Assembly (NCBI GenBank): GCA_964576865.1
Contig: CAZNVK010000009.1
Coordinates: 2,001-66,000, forward strand
Length of the DNA stretch: 64,000 bases
Source: an uncultured Candidatus Poseidoniales archaeon
GTDB lineage: Archaea; Thermoplasmatota; Poseidoniia; Poseidoniales; Thalassarchaeaceae
Reading direction: 5' to 3'
Shown piece after piece: positions 59,669-64,000 of this stretch (its first letter is position 1; each line of letters begins with the position of its first letter). The notes under the pieces were generated by a model. It had not been told where the DNA came from. It did no database searches and was given only the letters and a program-made list of their open reading frames with translations. The position numbers were made by a program, and so were the translations under genes.

Positions 59669-61081
59669 TCAATGCAGGGTCTCCAATTGCGGCTTCATCA
59701 CCGTGAGGTGGGCATGGTGGCATACTACTGCGATCAGCAGAACGGCTGCCGCCCACATCAGCAATTCAGTTGATGTCAGCAGAACCAGTGTTGCCGCGCC
59801 AAGAAGCAACATTTCGAACAGCATCTTGACAGCCAACAAACGGTCTTTGGACCAGGCGCGCCCGCGCGCCTGTCCGAATAACCAAGCGGTGTAAACGCCG
59901 GTTAGAGTTGCCAGAGGAATGCCGGCGAAGGCCAGATATTCGAGGTAGGCGCGGTCGAGGTCGAAGAACAAAACCGCGCCACTGAGAGCCAATACTCCGC
60001 CGAATGCACCTAAGATGTATGCCCCCTTCACAAGCCAAGAATTCCAATTCGGCCGGAGCATAACGTAGAGGAAGCGCTCAGGTCGGTCGAGATCTTTCAC
60101 CAATAGCAGTCCAGTCAAACCTAGGAAGGCGGTGCAACCGATGACCAATGTCCACCACAACTCATCGGTCATCTCCAATGCGCCAGCAAACATCGCCAGC
60201 ATCGCAACCAGATATGTTCCCGCGGCGAGTGCCTTGGTAACGATGTAAGCCGAGACTTCCCAACCCCACAGAATTCCCTTCGAGGGCTGGTCATAACTGC
60301 GCTTGGGCCGCTCAGCCTGTTCATCTAATCTGTCCATGACATCACGGATGACTGCCCTATCGCGTGGATTTGCAGCCCGCGCCTTCTTCTCTAACGCTAA
60401 TTGCACAATCATCGAATTGGTATCGGCCGCGCCCAAGCGAGAATCAGCATACTTGGCAAAATGCCCAACGCCCGCGGCCTGATCTGTCCACAGATATTCA
60501 CCGCTACGCTCAGTAGCGTGAGGGTCGAGCATCTCATCACTCGTCTCGACATAGAAGACATTCGGCCGCGCTCCACTCTCAGGCTTGCGCACCGTCGTCT
60601 CGTGGTCACGCAAGTAACCAGAAATCGATGAGTTAGGGTCGTCCAAATCCCCAGAGACAATCGCCTCGACTGGACAAACGATCACGCAAGCCGGCTCGTA
60701 AGAATGCTCAATCCGGTGCGCGCAATAATTGCACTTGGCCGCAGTGCCCTTATTCGGGTCGATGTACAAAGCATCGTAAGGACAAGCTTGCATGCAAGAT
60801 TTGCATCCGATACAGCGGTCATCATCGAAGTCGACGATACCGTCCTCGCGCGTGAATAACGCAGTAGTCGGACAAATCGTCGTACACGGCGAATCTTCGC
60901 AATGATTGCAGCGATGCACCGAGAACTCGCGCGTGACATCAGGATAAGTCCCCTTTTCGATGTATTTGACGTGGGTGCGGTTGACTCCGATAGGAACGTC
61001 GTGTTCGGACTTGCAGGCGACCGTGCAGGCATGGCAACCGATACACTTACGATTGTCAATGACAAAGCCAAAATTAGTCAT
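59669..61081 (-). CDS. Four-cluster [4Fe-4S] subunit (PsrB/NrfC/DmsB-like) fused to a short NrfD/PsrC-like membrane anchor
   Basis: 470 aa. Four Cys groups are present: CIGCHACTVAC, CNHCEDSPCTTICP, CIGCKSCMQACP and CNYC...CVIVCP. The C-terminal ~210 aa have ~5 TM helices with DLDRPERF, NSWLVKG and YTAWLFG motifs. Confidence 0.75.
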   Translation of the reverse strand: MTNFGFVIDNRKCIGCHACTVACKSEHDVPIGVNRTHVKYIEKGTYPDVTREFSVHRCNHCEDSPCTTICPTTALFTREDGIVDFDDDRCIGCKSCMQACPYDALYIDPNKGTAAKCNYCAHRIEHSYEPACVIVCPVEAIVSGDLDDPNSSISGYLRDHETTVRKPESGARPNVFYVETSDEMLDPHATERSGEYLWTDQAAGVGHFAKYADSRLGAADTNSMIVQLALEKKARAANPRDRAVIRDVMDRLDEQAERPKRSYDQPSKGILWGWEVSAYIVTKALAAGTYLVAMLAMFAGALEMTDELWWTLVIGCTAFLGLTGLLLVKDLDRPERFLYVMLRPNWNSWLVKGAYILGAFGGVLALSGAVLFFDLDRAYLEYLAFAGIPLATLTGVYTAWLFGQARGRAWSKDRLLAVKMLFEMLLLGAATLVLLTSTELLMWAAAVLLIAVVCHHAHLTVMKPQLETLH

Positions 61082-61099
61082 GTTTGACTTCCTCCAAGA

Positions 61100-62248
61100 C
61101 TAGGCAACCATGTGACTGGCAGCACACTCATTTTTTCCTAAATCCATTATATCCTGTTCAGATTCTTCGGGTGAAATCCACCCAGAATTGACCTTTCTGA
61201 TTTCATCATAGACAGCGGGTTGGTCCCTCATGTTCTCAACAATATATTCGACGAATTCTTCTTCGTTTTCAATGCCATATATCTCTTCGTTTAGAGATTT
61301 CACTGTTCCGAAGTCATTCAGAATAAGGTAATCCTCATTCGCCTCTAAGTCCCAGTCGGTATAGTGCCCAGGAAGAACTAGTAGATCATCTGGCATTACT
61401 GCGATTCGAGTTTTGAGTGTCTCGTACAATTGCTTGGCCCACTCGACTACTTTACGACCAAGATCAGGTCTTCCTATTGATACGATGAAAACGGTATCAC
61501 CAGATATCATAAATTTCTCATCGACAACATAAGTCGTTGAACCGGGTGTGTGGCCTGGAGAGTGGGTGCAGAGAACCGTTGGTCCGCCCCCCCGGGCGAA
61601 ATTGATTTCTTGACCATCAGAGACAGGAGCGTAAGTGATGGCAGTGCCCGCGTAATCTCCTTCGTGCGCAATATATTGTGCTCCAGTCAATTCGCTTAGA
61701 CGAGGGCCTCCAGATATGTAATCCGCTTGGAGATGTGTTTCGAACACGTGAGTGATTTTCACATAATGTTCTTCGGCGAATGCAGTGTAGAAATCTATAT
61801 TCCTACTAGGGTCAAAAATCATCATCTGCCCTTCGAAAATCAAACCATAAGAGCACGAGGCTTTCCCAGGGCGGTTAAATTGCCAAACGGTGTATCTTCC
61901 TCCTCCGGGTATTTGTTTTGGAATCAGGACATTTCCCCATGAAACAATTCCTTCTTCAAGCCAACGGACATCTGAGAAACCTGATGATTTGAGCAGTTCT
62001 GCAACAAATCTCGCTGAACCCTCCTTAGCACAAATCACCCGAATAGAATCCGATTTCTTCAATTGTGATGATGCGGCATCAGGTGTCTCAATGAAATCAA
62101 AATAGGGAATGTTCCTCATGTCAACCTCATTCGGCCCTTCAACCATGAATCGGCCATGATCATCCTCATTTCTCACGTCTAGAAAAACATAATTTTTCTT
62201 TTGTTCAATCCACTGATACAATTCAGATGCGCAGTAACTTTCTGTCAT
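61100..62248 (-). CDS. Rhodanese domain fused to a metallo-beta-lactamase-fold (persulfide-dioxygenase-like) domain
   Basis: 382 aa. The rhodanese loop is VICAKEGSAR. The MBL motifs read ETHLQADYISG, SPGHTPGS, SGDTVF and LPGH. Confidence 0.7.
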   Translation of the reverse strand: MTESYCASELYQWIEQKKNYVFLDVRNEDDHGRFMVEGPNEVDMRNIPYFDFIETPDAASSQLKKSDSIRVICAKEGSARFVAELLKSSGFSDVRWLEEGIVSWGNVLIPKQIPGGGRYTVWQFNRPGKASCSYGLIFEGQMMIFDPSRNIDFYTAFAEEHYVKITHVFETHLQADYISGGPRLSELTGAQYIAHEGDYAGTAITYAPVSDGQEINFARGGGPTVLCTHSPGHTPGSTTYVVDEKFMISGDTVFIVSIGRPDLGRKVVEWAKQLYETLKTRIAVMPDDLLVLPGHYTDWDLEANEDYLILNDFGTVKSLNEEIYGIENEEEFVEYIVENMRDQPAVYDEIRKVNSGWISPEESEQDIMDLGKNECAASHMVA

Positions 62249-62257
62249 CGGCCCAAC

Positions 62258-62767
62258 TCACATGAATAACTGAAGATCTGCATCCACAGCGAAGTCGAGG
62301 AAGGCGGCTGCTCCAGCATATGATATTCCTTCAATGAAATCCTTCTCCTCAAAGCCGAATACATCCATCGTCATTTGACAAGCAATCAGGTCGACACCGA
62401 GTATTTGGCACATATCACGGAGTTCGGTGATAGTTGCGACTCCCTTATTCTTGAACGTCTTCTTCATCAATGAAGTTGCAACGGTGTCAAATCCAGGCAT
62501 TACTCCACTTATTGCATGAGGAATTGGCCAATCTATGGACTGAAACCCTTTGGGTCCAAAAGGCATTTTCATTGGCATCGCAGGGTTAGCTGCAGGAGTT
62601 ACTTTGGCCTTGATTTCAGGCTTGAGTAAAGGTAGACCGTAGAATGTGAAGAATACTTTCACTTCGATATCCATCGCTGCAGCTGTCGAGGCCAAGATGA
62701 ATGGAGGATATGCCCAATCGAGCGAACCCTGAGAGGCGATTATCGCCATCTTCTTCTTCTCGCCCAT
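62258..62767 (-). CDS. DsrE/DsrE3-like sulfur-relay protein (COG2210-type)
   Basis: 169 aa. Contains KKMAIIASQGSLDWAYPPFILASTAAAMDIEVKVFFTFYGL and the conserved Cys context DLIACQMTMD. Confidence 0.7.
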   Translation of the reverse strand: MGEKKKMAIIASQGSLDWAYPPFILASTAAAMDIEVKVFFTFYGLPLLKPEIKAKVTPAANPAMPMKMPFGPKGFQSIDWPIPHAISGVMPGFDTVATSLMKKTFKNKGVATITELRDMCQILGVDLIACQMTMDVFGFEEKDFIEGISYAGAAAFLDFAVDADLQLFM

Positions 62768-63007
62768 TTACTCACCTTTTCTTACCAAGAAGTAGAACTT
62801 GCCCTCACCCTCACTGGATTCAATGATTTTGTGACCAACTCGGTCAGCCCATGCAGGCATATCCTTGCAGGAGCCGGGGTCGGTTGTTGTGACTCGAAGG
62901 ATTTCTCCAGGAGCCATCGAGTCGATTTTCAATTTTGTTTTCAAGACTGGCAGCGGGCAGTTCATCCCAGAGCAATCAATTGTTTCATTTGGTTCAGTCA
63001 TCTTCAT
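62768..63007 (-). CDS. tusA: TusA/SirA-family sulfur carrier
   Basis: 79 aa. The Cys-Pro-x-Pro motif is CSGMNCPLPVLKTK. Confidence 0.8.
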   Translation of the reverse strand: MKMTEPNETIDCSGMNCPLPVLKTKLKIDSMAPGEILRVTTTDPGSCKDMPAWADRVGHKIIESSEGEGKFYFLVRKGE

Positions 63008-63377
63008 TCACCTCAAGAAATGAGTCGAGTAAGTGGCTCCATTCACCACTTCCTACCTTCGTTGAGCACTCAGTGAAGCACGCGAATAATTTGTGCACGA
63101 AAGGATTTGAAACGGAATAGAATCTCCTAGTCCCTTCTTTTCTGACATCAAGGATGCCTCTCTCATTCATTCTTGAGAGATGCTGGGAGGTCCTAGGCTG
63201 GCTGAATCCAAGGTCCCGCTGGACTTGACCCATGGTTTTTTCTCCCTGCGCAAGAAGTTGCAGGATTCGCAAACGATCCGGGTGGCCCAGAGTACGGAGC
63301 ATGATTGCCGCAGCCTCCCTGAACCTCTCTTCTCTGCCAATAACGGCTTCATCTATGGAAGCGTTCATCTCACTCAC
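62994..63377 (-). CDS. ArsR/SmtB-family transcriptional regulator (BigR/SqrR-like context)
   Basis: 127 aa. The wHTH is LGHPDRLRILQLLAQGEKTMGQVQRDLGFSQPRTSQHLSRM. The only Cys residues are in FACFTEC near the C-terminus. The gene overlaps tusA by 14 nt. The start is GTG 63377 or ATG 63368. Confidence 0.75.
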   Translation of the reverse strand: MSEMNASIDEAVIGREERFREAAAIMLRTLGHPDRLRILQLLAQGEKTMGQVQRDLGFSQPRTSQHLSRMNERGILDVRKEGTRRFYSVSNPFVHKLFACFTECSTKVGSGEWSHLLDSFLEVNEDD

Positions 63378-63431
63378 TACAAACCTACGGGTCCAACCTA
63401 GAATAAAAGAATTGCGATATAATAACTGTTG

Positions 63432-63451
63432 AATATAAGAGTATGATTATA
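63432..63451. promoter_or_regulatory. Candidate operator: inverted repeat ATATAA-N8-TTATAT in the divergent promoter region
   Basis: Perfect 6-bp arms in the AT-rich spacer between arsR (minus strand) and the second tauE gene (plus strand). Confidence 0.3.
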
Positions 63452-63488
63452 TACTGCTGCTTGCGCGGTTGCCGCTCAGGGATGTTTG

Positions 63489-64000
63489 ATGGCAATTGAA
63501 TCGCTACTCGCAATCTTATTGATACTCACCGTAGCTTTGCTGTTCTCTCCCATCGGCCTAGGAGGTGGGATACTATTCGTTCCAATTCTACATTTTTTAC
63601 TAAAATGGCCGATTGAACAAGCGATGATAGGATCCTTGAGTTTAGTATGGATGGTCTCACTTGGTTCGATGATTGCCCATCACAGTGTTGGGGAAGATGA
63701 TCCTGAGGCTGCGAAGACTGGAATATTGATGTACGTTCCCGCAGCGATTATCGGTTCACTGATCGGATATTTCTTGCTTGAGAACGTATCAGAATTCTCA
63801 ATCAAGATTCTAGTCATAATTTTGATGTCGTTTATCTTGATTACTAGTATTGAGAAAACGTTCAGGAAATCAACTAAAATGAAGAATATCTCTGTTGAAG
63901 AGAAAACTAATTCCGCACCACAAAGTTACAGAGTAGGTTGTGGCGTTGGTGGACTTTCTGCGGGAGTTTTGGGAATTGGTGGTGGAGCGGTTATGGTAAT
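63489..64000 (+). CDS. TauE/SafE (TSUP) family permease, second paralog, truncated by the window end
   Basis: Read by eye from ATG 63489: MAIESLLAILLILTVALLFSPIGLGGGILFVPILHFLLKW...GIGGGAVMV. There is no stop before 64000. The N-terminus is closely similar to that of 56071..56892. Confidence 0.7.
   Translation, partial: MAIESLLAILLILTVALLFSPIGLGGGILFVPILHFLLKWPIEQAMIGSLSLVWMVSLGSMIAHHSVGEDDPEAAKTGILMYVPAAIIGSLIGYFLLENVSEFSIKILVIILMSFILITSIEKTFRKSTKMKNISVEEKTNSAPQSYRVGCGVGGLSAGVLGIGGGAVMV

Overview
This is an archaeal chromosomal window that is densely coding on both strands. I saw no CRISPR array, transposase or integrase. The centre (21.8-36.4 kb) is the conserved archaeal ribosomal-protein superoperon, running L3-L4-L23-L2-S19-L22-S3-L29-SUI1-Rpp29-S17-L14-L24-S4e-L5-S14-S8-L6-L32e-L19e-L18-S5-L30-L15-SecY. 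Most of its genes are preceded by GGAGGTGA-like Shine-Dalgarno sequences that match the 16S 3' end found in the window. A stand-alone 16S rRNA gene (36856-38325) follows directly, with no 23S, 5S or spacer tRNA. The unlinked 16S, the acidic protein tails and the gene content suggest a marine Thermoplasmatota-type euryarchaeon, possibly Marine Group II/Poseidoniales. That placement is inference only, since no search was possible. Other recognisable genes are:
- a tRNA-Trp whose 113-nt intron carries a box C/D guide RNA;
- an S8 subtilisin-like protease;
- a class I/II aminotransferase;
- a ~1200-aa surface protein;
- a thermosome subunit;
- the Hef helicase/nuclease;
- an Aap-type amino-acid ABC importer;
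- MscS, a thioesterase and NAD kinase;
- an MsbA-like ABC exporter;
- an NfeD-flotillin pair;
- a thiolase.
The two most unusual loci are these. (1) At 56.1-64.0 kb, a tightly packed seven-gene minus-strand operon joins ArsR, TusA, DsrE, rhodanese-MBL and TauE to a signal-less molybdopterin oxidoreductase and an FeS/NrfD-like fusion protein. (2) At 15.96-18.81 kb, a ferredoxin-flavodoxin fusion carries an SdhB-like domain that has lost all its cluster cysteines, and it is followed by an HdrB/SdhE-like protein with degenerate CCG motifs. Smaller observations include short duplications of gene 3' ends (tRNA-Trp, hef, one small ORF), recurring GC-rich hairpin motifs upstream of highly expressed units, an N-terminally extended SecY and a SAP-L32e fusion. 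All functional calls rest on motif recognition by eye, and none has been checked against a database.
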